Shown here piece after piece: positions 16,991 through 29,348 of a DNA stretch of 64,000 nt. The notes under the pieces were generated by a model that worked only from the letters and a program-made list of their open reading frames with translations, had not been told where the DNA came from and made no database searches. The position numbers were made by a program, and so were the translations under genes. Within the stretch, counting starts at the first letter, position 1. Every line of letters begins with the position of its first letter. Source of the DNA: Microbotryum violaceum (taxonomy: Eukaryota); assembly GCA_001244265.2 (NCBI GenBank), contig LN717261.1, positions 372,001 to 436,000 of the forward strand. The letters run 5' to 3'.

Positions 16991-19270
16991 CCTTCAATGC
17001 CCGCGCCGGGCCCGTCGCTAGCGCCCGAAACTTCCGCTCGCATGCGAATCATGGCTCGCGAAGTCGACTCGTTCCATGATGCGATGTACAAGATTGTTCC
17101 GCCGCTCGATGCTCCCGCGTTCAAAGCCAACATTAAGGCACTCGGAAAGGTCGCGCACGTCGCGCCGTAGCTGGCCGCTATACCGAAGCAGATCCGCCGA
17201 GATTTATCGACGAGTTCTGAGCGCTGCAGCCGACGGCCGGGTCGCGACGTCCGACCCGGTCGGAAGTAGTGGGTAACGGAGAGGCATCGCGGACGGAAAG
17301 GGCTTTGATTTCGGCATCAAGGACCCTCCGTCGGAGCGTCACATCGCGAAGAATGCACCGCTTACCGAGGAGCAACAACTGGTCATGGATGGCGAGATGG
17401 AGCTTGCGGTCGGCCCTTTCCGCATGAATCCGATCAGCTATGTGCCGACGTCAGTAGCGCCCGGAATGCCGCCGAAGTGGAGACAGATCGAAAATCTGTC
17501 TTACTCCAAGACGCTCGGAGGTCGAGTCGGTCACTGGGCCGTTGAGACAGTGTATCGCGAACGGGGAGCGGAAGGCGGTTTTGCGGGCGCGTCGCCTGGA
17601 CCGTCGCACGTACGATCAACTCGAATACCGGAGAAGGTTCCTCTCGTCGGAAGGCCCGTTCTCCACGTCGTTCGAGGCCCTCCTGATCCCATCGAAGCTT
17701 GCGCTAGCGTCGGATGCCTGTATGCACGGACTAGGCATCGTCGTCAACGGATACTCCGCGTACTTTGCTCTCCCCGAGGGGTGGACGGATCTGCCACCGC
17801 CTCGACACTCGGTCTCTATCACGAACGCGGAGGCGTGGGCGGTCAAGGCGCTGGCCGAGGCAGCGTTACGAATGTGACGATAAACATTTCGTTCTCCAAT
17901 GTGACAACACCGGGGTTGTGCTTGGATGGAGGAAAGGGCATTCGATGAATCCCTTGTGAATTTGTCGCTTTCAAACCTGCGCAGCCTTGAGGAAACTCGA
18001 GGTGTGAAGTGGTCGGTTGAATACGTTAACACGAAGGTGAACCCCGCGGACGTCGTGTCCCGGCAGCCGGACCGCCCGCGGCAGTACGAACCGTTCCCGT
18101 TCATGATCGCGCACCCACTGTCGAAGTTTCCGGCGGGGCGCGAGTTGCTGCGGGCGGTGGGAGAGCCCCTGTGGGCGATAGGCTGAGATATTTGACTCCC
18201 TTCGTGGAAGGTGGAGCTTCGTTCGTACAGAGTTGCGTATCCCCATGTCTGCGAGGTCGTGTACCTTTCGTTTGTTGGTGAGGTCGAACCCTCTTGCGTC
18301 CTGTTTTGACAATGTCACGCTGTCATGGCTCAGCTGCGCTCTTGTGCCTCGGTTGCGACTTTGCGGTTGTCCGGTCCTGTCCCGTCTCCGCCGCGAGAGC
18401 GTGATCGCGGGCGCGTGCTTGGCACGTTCGGCCTCCCCCCACCCGCGTCGCACGCCGTCTCGAAAATACAGATGTCTTTCGAGGATTCACGAGCCGCGTG
18501 GAGACTTTGTTGACGAGCCGTTCCGTATCTGACGATGCCGACGATGGCTGTGAGGGAGCGCACCTTCAAGTCAGGAAGAGCGCTTACTGGTCGGGCCGAC
18601 GCGTCGAGTTCGGCGCTGCGCGATGGAGCACCGGCTGCGGCGCCACCTCCGACTGTGAAACTGGATTGTAGCCAAGGGGATTGTTTGGGATTCACGTCGA
18701 CGTCAAATCCAAGATTGCCAATGTTGCGCAGTTCCTATTTGGGGGACATCGTCGTTTACCTACCAGGCTGAGGCAGACGGGAACGAGATGGCCTTGTTGT
18801 GGATTTGGACTTGGAGTACCAATGAATGAATGAAGATTCGCTGTAGCTACACGGCGTTGATAGATAACCTATTGTGAGATAGAGTATCGCCAAGGTCAAT
18901 CAACTTGTAGCAGGCGAATGGGCGAGATAGATATCGAGTGTGTGTTAAAGAAGAAGGAGAGAGTGAACGAGACCAGAGCCTTAGATAGTATCCCCGTGCA
19001 AGCCACCTCTGAGTCCAATCAATACGCCACACCGCCATCTGCCTCCATCCGGCGCCGCGCCACGCGCGCGCCAACTTCCCAATGCCACAAGTCCCTCTGG
19101 ACCGCTGACCCTTTACTAACTTCCCACAACAGACCTCGATGGCTTCATCCACGAATTGCACGCCGGAAGAGCGGCTGTGCGCCGCGTTCGCCAAGACGTA
19201 TTGAGGTATCAACCGAATCCGCGTTCTCGCACCGACGACTCCGGTCCAACGTCCGCTCCATGCGTGTGCA

Positions 19271-20155
19271 TTGGCTGCGACAGAGCACGCGGTGATGGTT
19301 GCGGCAGGGCGAACGGCGGAGTCGAACGAGATGTACGCGATGTGCATTCTACAATACCTCGAGTACTGTGACGACGAGTTGGTCGACCGGAGGAATCGAT
19401 TCCCCGCACCTCCTGACGTTGTCAGGCGATTTCTCACTCGAATCGCGTTGTCGGTAAATGGCGTCGGAGCCTATAGCGTCAGCCACTTTCGCCGATTCCG
19501 TACCGCCCTAGATTTTTGGCACACGACGCATGGGCTGCGTATGAACTACGATCCGAAGATGTGGACGATGCAAGTGGCTGCGGCTGCGGCCACAGCTCCA
19601 GCCCCCAAACCAGAGCAATTGGCGGCGACTTTGAACAAGGACGAAGAGTTCATAGCCGAACGGCATCTAGCGGTGGCCAATGCACGTCGGATCGATGCGA
19701 CGAGCGAAGCTCCTCTCCGATTCGAGTTGGACCTGCCGTTTGACAAGGTGCGTCGGCGCATCGGCCGCACGCTGGTAGTCTCGGCGCGAGACGGCGAGCC
19801 CTTCTGCCCGGTCGGAGGCATCGATAACCATTTCCGCCTAAACCACCTTCCACCAGGGCGGTTGTTCTCATATCGGGCGCGCGAAGGAGGTCATCGACAA
19901 CTGACCTCCTCGGCGTTCTCGCGACGAATCAAACACATTCTCGAGGCGAGCGGGAGGGCGGTCTTGAACAACCACTCCTTTGGGTCCGGTGGGGCCACGT
20001 TCTACCTTCGAGAAGCCGTTCACGCGGATCGCATCCGAAACCTTGGCCGTTGGTCATCGAATGCCTTCGACGGGTATTGGCGGCAGCACAAAGAGATTGC
20101 GATCCAAGTGCTGGGCAAGGCTGGCAAGCTTGCACTCGATCCGGGTAGAGCCTGA
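19271..20155 (+). pseudogene. Tyrosine recombinase of the YR retrotransposon
   Basis: HSFGSGGAT..LGRWSSNAFDGYWR matches the HSxR..GRWxS..Y box, but the HxxR Arg is replaced by Gly. The central catalytic region looks internally deleted. Confidence 0.85.
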
Positions 20156-20533
20156 ATGCGTTGTAACGTAGGCATTTTTCGCTGCTTTTTTTTGGTTGTA
20201 AGTGTGGGGGGCGTGACCTATGGTACGCGTCCGGCGCCAGGGCGCCTGTCCGAACCGGGGGTTTGGGGATTGGGGTGTACGCATCATCCCAGGGTCTCGT
20301 CCAGGAAGATTAATCATCTTCCTCATCCCAACACAACCAAACACACCGAAAGATACACAAGGAAGGTCGCAATTCCCTTCCCGCGCTCGAGAACCCCATT
20401 GGCATCCGATCGAGACATCGGAGGGGAGAAGCGCCTGCCCGCGCCTGCCAGTATTTAGTCACGCCTTACGCGCCCTCGAGCGCTTGCTATTAGGAAACAG
20501 CGCGTGAGCCTCCGCTAGCCTCGTACCCTCGCC

Positions 20534-21684
20534 AAGACCCCCGAAAGCCCAGCCATAGGCGGCCCTCTAAAAACGGCCTTTTTCGAGGCAAAATGTCCAA
20601 ATTTTCCCCGGATTCTGACTGAGAATGTCCAAATATGAGGGCCGCCTAGTGTTGAACAATTTCTCAAAACTACTCTACAAACAATGCTCAGAACATTTTA
20701 TGCGCTTCGCGCAGACTGCATTCCCGCCGCGCGCGGGCGGGAAAGGTTGCGCGCGCGCACCAAGCACCAAGAGCGCTGCCAGCGCGACCGCCAACGAGCC
20801 TTTTCAAAATGAAATGGACTCAAATAGGATCTCATCTTTTGTTTATCATTTGTCATTTGATGGATTAAAATGACACTCTACTCTACATAAAAGAATGCAC
20901 CCCAAAATAAGGTTCTCAGCCGCGCGCTATATCCTAATACCTAGAAATCTTTGGAAAAGTCGGAGGAAATGCATTTAAGCACACTGGCTAGGCCAGTAGT
21001 GTAGGACTCATTGACCCTGAGTCAGAATCAATCATGCCCGCCAAATCCCCCTTGGGTGGTTTACAGAGACACAAGGCGAACCTTGGACTCCTGAATTGAC
21101 GCCCGAGCTCTTCGAGTGCCATTTCGGTGATCGCGATCGGTTCCAAAGAATCCGGCGAGAATCGGCGGCGGCGAACCCTGTGAATCTATCGACCGACTAG
21201 GAAAAGAAAAATATTTCTGGGCAAAAAAGCTTCCAGATCGAAAGAAAGACGAGGAGACGTAGCTCGACAAGTCGGCGTTCCGAGCGAGAGACGATCCAAG
21301 AAACGATAAACGACTCCAATCGCAAATGTAAAGGGATGCCTCACAGGAATAGCCCCATAAGTAGCCTCTGAGTAGCTAGAACTATCAAGTTCTATTTACG
21401 ACTTGCTTTTAGCCTAGCGGTTAAGAACGACAGATTGTATTTTATGCACATCAGAGGTGCATACCGTACAACAAATGCAGACACTAACGCGCGCAAACAG
21501 CGCGCCGCGCCGCTGGGCCGGCTACGCCCTGCGCCCTGCGCCTCCCGCTACTAGTACCCTATTCTGCGCTTCAAAGTTCGACCGGAGGGAGGAAAATGTC
21601 CAAAAATGAGGTGAGCCTCGACCCATTTTGAGCCAGAAATGTCCAAATTTGCGGGCCGCCTCTGGCTGGGCTTTCGGGGGTCCT
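20534..21684. mobile_element. Non-autonomous TIR DNA element (1151 bp) with 32-bp TIRs and 8-bp TSD
   Basis: Left end AAGACCCCCGAAAGCCCAGCCATAGGCGGCCC versus reverse complement of right end AGGACCCCCGAAAGCCCAGCCAGAGGCGGCCC (30/32). TSD CCCTCGCC at 20526-20533 and 21685-21692. AATGTCCAAA occurs twice near each end. Confidence 0.9.
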
Positions 21685-23648
21685 CCCTCGCCCGTCGATG
21701 GCCCACCCAGGCCCAGGCCCAAACTTTAGTGGCACCACTGACAGCTCGCCATACTTCTGAGTTATTTAAAGGAACTAACTGATGCTACAGCGGCGAAGGC
21801 ACCTTGGGGACTCAGGAGCCCCTATTTCGAACACCAGCAGCAGTGGTCGATTCGCGAGTCGGACGCGCTCGAGAAGGGGTTCTCACAAGTCAGCACGAGG
21901 GACCCCTTTCCTCACCATTCCAGATTTCCAGCTAGATCGTTGGCCGGGTTGTATATACTGGATGGTTATCCAGATGACTTCCGGAGGTAAGCATGCGTGG
22001 GGGGAAGAATCGGGTCCGCAGCGCCATCATCATGATGCGCATAGCCGAGGGGAAGTTCCCCGTCGAAACCATCTGAGAACGCAAGAGGGTGCGCGACAGT
22101 TTCTTGAAGCCTAGAAAAGTTGGTGAAGAGCACAAAGAGACTCGAAGCAGATGTGTGCGTGCTAATCAGGATCTTCGCATATGCGTACTACTGGGTTCGC
22201 ACTGCAGACGAGGGGCCGAGATGCTTGCCGGTGCATACGGATGCATCGATTTGCGTCAATTTGTCCACGCGTGTATCGGTATTCCAGAGTTTCGATTAAG
22301 ATCCTAGTCCAGTAAGGAGTGATTCCTACTTTATCTCGGCCTGCTTCGAAGAGAATCGACTGAGTCCTCACTGGCCCCTGGCACGTTCCTGCCAGCTCTC
22401 CCACAGGTGTTCTCATTCCGTCTCGTCCTATACTGCCTGATGTCCCTCGTGGATTACGGTCCTCACCCTGCCACTTCTTCGCATCCAGATCGACGCAGTG
22501 CACTGGGTGGCGGGAGAAGGAAGCAGGTTTCGCACCGAAGCAGGTCGTGGGAAGTTGATTCGATCCGAGCTGCGCGAGGGTGCATAGCTGTGCAATGACC
22601 TGCAGAGACGTTTGAACGAGAAAGGAACAAGTAGGCATGACTATCCACTGATGTACACGTGTATGCGGGGGCGACAGAGGTAGGGAGGCTGCCAGTGACA
22701 GCGATTTCGTCCCGGTTTCGCACCGAGTGGGGGAGTAGTGGGGGTGGGGGCTTCAAAGTCCAGAGTGAAACATCGACGTTCTTGCTGAACGAAGCAAGGG
22801 GTCGGTGGGATCTTCCACTGAATGGGTTCATAGGATCGAGGATGCAATGGCGCAGATGTTGGACCTCAGTGATCGCTTTGATCCATAGTCCCTTGGGTCG
22901 ATGACTCGAATACAACTAACTACCCGATGTCCTGGTACGGGCCAGCGCCGGGCCCGGCGGTATGAGTCTGAGAAGAGCATACCTTTTACTCACCAAAGCG
23001 GCCACTTCATCCTGAAAGCGATTTTGGCGCGGGCAAAAATTGGCATAAAGGGCTCCTGCCGACGTTCCCCTGCGTGCATGTATGGGAGCGCGATCCGCAA
23101 GTCGGGTGGATAGATTAGCCGATCGTGGCACCTCTGGCTATATATCTAATTAAGCACACCAAAAAGTGGCGCGCGCGGCGCCCCTCCCAGCGCCACTCTT
23201 AAGCGGCGTACCCATACAGGTTGCCCCCCCCCCCCCCTGCAACCCGGGTTGCTCGAGGGCCCGAGGCCAGGGGCACACGGAGGCTTGTGTGGGCTCCAAC
23301 AGTTTCATCTCATGTACGTGCGTGCTCAAATCAGGTTATTCTAGTCATCGTAGTGTGTGATTTGTATTTGGAACACTCAGTGTCAATCTTTTCGGTAAAC
23401 TATCAGCGAGGAGAGGTTCGATTAGGAAACATCATTACTAAAGTGATAAAATGGCATTATTGAACGTGATAGAGTCTCGTGCCCTTTCACCACGCTAACA
23501 AACGCAAAGCGACACTGAGTGACAACGAGCGACTTGACGCCTCCTTGACGCGCCGCTATCGACCACGTGCAGTCCTGGTCTTACCCCTTCCTGTCGCCGT
23601 TACGCTCTTCGTCATATATCTATACTTGACGCCACGCGACGATCCGAT

Positions 23649-25407
23649 ATGTCCAGCCTGTCTGCTCCCAGCAACGCGTCAGACTTTGCCGCTCCCACCC
23701 GTGAGACGCGTCCTCGTGTTTGTGATATGGGTGGTCCTTCTGCTCACCACCGTTCCTCGCTGTTTCTGCACAGCTGCTTCGGTGCAATCGACCAACAGCG
23801 CAGACATGGGGTCCGTACTGTCTCCAATTACGGTTCAGACCCAACAGAACCACCTTCCTGCGCCCAGCGGCGCGACTTCCGAATGTGGACGAAGCACACC
23901 GCTCGCCTCAAGGCCGACCTCGTCCAACTCAATTGATCAACAAATCAAACAGTTCAGGAAGAGATTCGAGCTCTCCATGATGCCGTTCGTGCGTTGCCTT
24001 CAACTTCGCGAATGTCGTCGTCGTAGAAGCAGCGCCATGTGCTCTATGGCTTGCAACGTCGCCTCGAGACAATGAAGTATTGTCTGCATCACGGCGTTCG
24101 GGACGACGACCTCGACGCGTACATGCCTCGTGCGATCCGAAGGAATGTCACAAACGACTGGAATGCTTTCAAGACGAGCCGCTTTTTCCACTGTCTCGTC
24201 GAGAAGGACGGACTCGAAGATGAGCGCGGCGTCTGCCTTTCTAGCTCATCCCGAGATCGTTCATTTTGGCATTGCAAGACGCTCCTTTACGCTTCTTTGA
24301 CTCACAAATTGATCACTCTGTACCCCTACAAAGTCTCGAAAGATTTTTCTACGCTAAACACAATTGGATTGCGCTACTGGGAAAAAGTCAAAGACTCGCC
24401 AGATCTTTATGAACAATGGAAGGAAGCGTGGGCAAGTGAAGCCGAAGCGCGTGAACATGAGCAGACCACTCGTCCCTTCAAGCGATGGCGAATCAATCCT
24501 GCTGCCATCACCAAACCGAGTCACAAGTACGAAAAGACGATACACGAACTGGTCCGTGACAATTCAGCTCTTCTCGTTGGGCTCTCCTCAATTCTCATGA
24601 TCCTCCCGCTGACTTAGATAGCTTGGCACTGAATCAGGTTAATCAGCATGCTGACACCTACGGATTCGACGCGTTAGTCATCGTCGGCTCGAACAAGCTC
24701 GAGAATAAAAATGATCGTTTCATTGTTTCGACGCTTGGCGGCGCAGCTTTCATGCGGCGCCAAAGCTGGGGTTCTCAAAAGAACGATGTGCTCGTTAACT
24801 TCACGGAATGCATAAATGGCACCCGGTTCAATCAGGAGCGAGACGAGCAATTCAAGATGGAAGGTCTGTCAGACAAGCTTCAGAACGGACCTTGTGCTCG
24901 GCGATAGATTGGTGCTGATTCCAAGAACTGATGAGCAGCTCATCATGGTGATGTTGACAAGGCGTCTCACCGAGTGCTCTGCACATGGTATCGCATTATC
25001 ATTGAAGATTACTATAGTAAGCAATCACTCCACCGCTCTGCGCCAACATTTGGCAGCCCATGACTGAAGTTTTGTGGCCGTGCAGATCAAGCGCTCCGTC
25101 GTCGCCACAACAGAAACGAGTCTATTCAGCCCTACGTGCCTTGCTTACGAGCTACAACCAGGAAACTCTTGCGAAGGATCCAACCGCTCTTGTTGTCGAG
25201 CTCGGAAACGGTCTTCACGAGCGTGATTTCCGCAGTCCTACCAATGGCAAGAAGCCGACCGTTGACAATTTGAGAAGAATTATTCCATTGATGCGACAGG
25301 GTGGGCTTACGTTTTCGCTCAAAGAGGATATCGGCCAGGTCTCTTTTGACCGCACTCCTGCCGAGAGTACTTTGATGAGTCAACAAGTTTCCACGCATCT
25401 TGACTAG
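23649..25407 (+). CDS. Multi-exon protein of unknown function, probable KDZ-transposon accessory gene (possible HMG-like segment); may be degenerate
   Basis: Successive + strand ORFs (24039-24617, 24623-24907, 25060-25407) separated by intron-like gaps. NDWNAF...YWEKVKDSPDLYEQWK segment and GFDALVIVGS..STLGGAAF. Start uncertain. Confidence 0.45.
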
Positions 25408-26421
25408 CTTGACTGTCCGTCCGTTGATCAATTATGCGACGCATTTTTGATCGCAAAGCAAATCGCAAAGCAAATAGATTCACCCGCGCTAAACGTTTCA
25501 GATTTTACTCCGTAGATTCAGGCAAATAATGGATGTTCAAATAAAGCACTCACTCATCCTACCTAATGTCAAACTGCAGTTAAGCTCGTCCAGAGCTTGG
25601 GGGGTGACCAACAGCAAAGCACCCAAATTTCTTCGACTACCCCTTCGGACCCCCCGAGACGCCGGCGAAGTGACAGCAGAACCTTGTCGAGAATGTCCGT
25701 AATAACACGCTTCGCGTAGGGTTCTTCAAACGGCGTGCCCACGGTGAGAAGGAGAGCCGAGATTATTCGTTGGCGCTGATTGTTATGGAACAATAGATAT
25801 AAAACAGAAGCAGAGAACAAGGTAGTTCACCACTTCTGACCTGCAGACGCAAGATCGCAAGGTGTCCGAGCTTGCTAGCTGACCACGGTGTTCTAGCTGA
25901 GGGCCACGGAAATACGACGCTGCGTTACGCGTAATCAATGCCTTTTCTGCTGAATTGTCAATGGAAGGGGGCGTAAAGTCGGCATCGATATAGTGGCAGC
26001 TTGGTGCTGAGGCGTCAATGACTTCGTAGTAGCAATTCTCGTTGTTGGCCGAGTCGCTTGCATACAAGCTACAAGCGCTAGCGTTCATAGGTCGCGCTTG
26101 CGATCGGTGCCGACTACGTATTGCTTCACGCCCGTCGCCTGGGACAGACAATGTGCCAGGTGGCCACTATATCTCGTCTCGTGCAAATACTCGATGATCT
26201 TGATCTTTGTGTCCCGCAGACAAAACCGCTGGTTGTAACTTGGTATGAATCGAGTCGCTAAGGGCATCAGATCGGCTGTGACGCGACGGTGTCGGTGATG
26301 CTGTGAGAGGAGAGCGCGCGCGCTCGGTGACGCTCGGTGACGCGAGGCGCGACGTGTACCCCCGGGGGTACACAGTGGGACACTTCTCTTTCTCACCCCT
26401 AACCCCCACTCCAAGTCCAAC

Positions 26422-27862
26422 ATGGCACCACGCGCCACCGAGGGCGAGCGCGCTTGGCTCGACATCGACTCGCATCGTGACGAGTCCGGCCAATGGTGTG
26501 TCCGTTGTGAACTTTGCAACAAACACTACAAGCTGCCTGGGGGGTACAGGTCACTCGACGCCCCAAATGTAGCACCGGAACATGCACATGAGGCCAAACG
26601 AAACCTGAAAAAACATATCATTCGTATACACAAGCGCATGTTCAATCCGTCTACGGTCGACAGTCGGTACAGATGCAACGAGGCGGCGTTTGAGCTGATC
26701 GGTACCGACCGTGAGGTCCAAGCGGTAAGTGCTAAACAGCTTTCCCAGGAGATCAGATACAAAATATGTGGAATTCGGCTAAACCTTTGTTTATGTACTT
26801 ATCTGATCTGATTAGGGTTTTGGCCACCTGAAGAAAAGATACCTCCGGCAGTTGCAGGCCAAGCTTGACATGTTGGAGGTGCCGGGGAAAGCGGACCGTG
26901 CGAGGCACGACGAGTGGGCGGCGGAAAGGGCGCGTCGGCTGGCGATGGAACCCAAAGACATCATGACTCAAGACCCAATCCCCGAGGGCGTCGAAAATTT
27001 TGACTATGAGGTCCGGGAGGAGATCGACTACGTCATGTGGCCTGTTTGGGATGAATGGGCAGGGTACAAAGGGAATGGACGTCTGCCTCGGAGCCTGTTG
27101 ACCGTGCTCATCCATTGGAGGAACGTGTTGTTCGATGCATACGATAACCAGAAGCGAAAGAGAGGTGGAGGGAGCGCGAGAGTTTTGAAGGAGTATAGGA
27201 CCCGCATCCAAGACTTCGACGATATCCTCGCGCGCATCTTCACCGTCCCCGTCGACATTGCCGCCGAACATGAGGAATCGCGCCTATTCAGTGAAATCCT
27301 TTCACCCCTGTACCAAGAGTGCCAACGCCCCCTCCCTGAGGACGATGTAAGGACCGACGAGGACCAGGAGGGGAGTGACCGCCTTTTAAGATGGATCCGA
27401 AAGGCGTACCGCCCTTTTCTCGGGAAACGTGTCCCGGACGATTACCGGGATCAGTTAGAAAGCGAACATAGCACCTGGCAAGCAGCGCTCAGACCATTTG
27501 CAACGACGGTGCTCGTCCACGTTCCCGAACCTCCTAAGCCGCCCACCGATGCGGACCTCGAGCCCGAAAGGAAGAAGATCTGGGACTCCTGGATTGTTGA
27601 GTGTGCCCACATGTGGTTGGCGCTGTCGAGCAAACAGAGGGACGCGTATTGTTGGATGCGCAAGAAGGGGTCCGGCGGAGAGGGCGCCGCGTCGACCTCG
27701 GAGGCACGAGAGGAGGACGCGATATCGGAACACAGTTCGGCGACCGGCCAACATTCCGACCACGGATCGGCAGCCGATTCGGAGGCCGAAAGCAACCTCT
27801 CCACCCTCTCCGAGCTGACCAGCCTGAGCGAGCTGGAGCGCGGCCTGGATACTGGGACATGA
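26422..27862 (+). CDS. Two-exon orphan protein with N-terminal BED-like C2H2 zinc finger and acidic C-terminus
   Basis: Exon 1: W..WCVRCELCNKHY...NLKKHIIRIH. GTAAGT donor at ~26725 and acceptor at ~26815, then a 336-codon open frame to 27862. No DDE/RNase H-fold motifs recognised. Confidence 0.55.
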
Positions 27863-28260
27863 GGCACCATGAGTGTCAATTCACCGGTTAGGCGATGACC
27901 GTCCCGAGTTTTCCGTGAGCGTGTGTAGCTGTCTAGCTTGTATGTTGTGTTAATGGAGATCCTGCTCTGCAATCATGATTCACCCCGAGGTACAACGCAC
28001 TCCGAAGGCGGAAATTCTAGTTCAATCTTAAACCTTAGGGCAGGGCGTAGATACACTACAACAGAGTCCTGCGCCTTCGGAAACGAGGAAGCGGCGACGA
28101 CATGCTTCATCAATTCTCGGACACTCTTAACAAGCACTGTACAACCGGCGTGGCGGTGTGTACCCCCCGGAGGTACACATGACCGGTGCCCTCTCCAGCT
28201 GTGTACTCCCGGGGTTCCACGGCTCAGGCGCGGTTCGTCGCCGACGTCCTTGCTGACTGC

Positions 28261-28702
28261 ACTACAACAAACTTCCACGCACCCGTTCAGAGCTCAGGAT
28301 GTGTCTGAAGTTACTGAATGGAACACTCTCCTGCGACGAAACCGACGAAATATTCGTTTGCTACATCCGACTTGCACTCTGAAAAGCCCGCAAGGCCAAT
28401 GCACTTCTCTAGCTGAATCTCCGTTCGAACCACCGAGCAGAGCGAAACTGTACTAGAACAATCTTCCACACACCCGTTCGAAGCTCAAGATGTGTCTAAA
28501 GTTACTGAACGGGATACCCTCCTGCGACAAGACCGACGAAAGATTCGTTTGCTACATCCGACTTGCACTCTGAAAAGCCCGCAAGGCCAACGCACTCCCC
28601 AACTGAATCTCCGGTCGAACTACCGAGCAGAGCGAAACTGCACTACAACAAACTTCCACGCTCCCGCTCAAAGCCCAGGATGTGTCTGAAGTTACCGAAA
28701 GG
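28261..28702. repeat. Tandem repeat, ~190-bp unit, ~2.3 diverged copies
   Basis: Units start at 28261, 28452 and 28642 (ACTA(C/G)AACAA.CTTCCAC...GAGCAGAGCGAAACTG). Confidence 0.9.
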
Positions 28703-29348
28703 ATTAACCTACTGCCGTTGGAGAATCGGACATGTTATTATACAGTGATCTGCCACCGGTGACCGGCTTGGCACCCCCCCCCCCTCCGGGAGTACGCAGG
28801 CGCTTTCCCGCTTGCGCCTTGTGTACCCCCGGGAGTGATCACACCCTGCGCGCCGAATGACTGTGTACCCCGGGAGTACACAGCTTTGTCGGCGGCACAG
28901 GCCGGGTCCCCCGGGTTACACTCTTGTCGCGCGCCGACTCTGTGTATGTGTACCCCCGGGAGTACACAGCCCCTACAATGTCCTTGGCCGATGGACCAAT
29001 ATCCCTGCTCACTCGACTACATAAACTATCACGTCAACGGAGTAGGTATGCGGTGACGTATTTCATTGATTTTTGCTGACATATTATCGCAAGCACTGTA
29101 CAACGGAGCCCCGTTGGACGCGTCTGAACCCAGTTCGGGGTACTGTTGGAACAGAACAACTACAGCAACACCAATCCTCACCGCCCCCCGCCCCCTCTGG
29201 CAACGTTCCCAAACCTGAACCTGCAAATGTCAGCACCGATGCGCACCAATTTTTAGTCTTCAACTTAGCAGAACCTTCAAGCTTGTCACGTACTGCAGTT
29301 CGGTGAGTGTGGCGGTGGCGACCGGCTCATGGGATCGTGGTCAACGCG

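Noticed and set aside
19271..20155. Phage integrase or Crypton/Starship captain
   Set aside because: It lies downstream of DIRS/Ngaro-type RT and RNase H remnants on the same strand, so it is the retroelement's recombinase.
21782..23131. TET/JBP dioxygenase expected near KDZ
   Set aside because: No HxD...H...R pattern or coherent exon chain found on either strand.
26150..26165. Left end and TSD (CAATGTGC vs CAATGTCC) for the palindrome-bearing element
   Set aside because: 7/8 match only, and the adjacent sequence does not match the right terminus.
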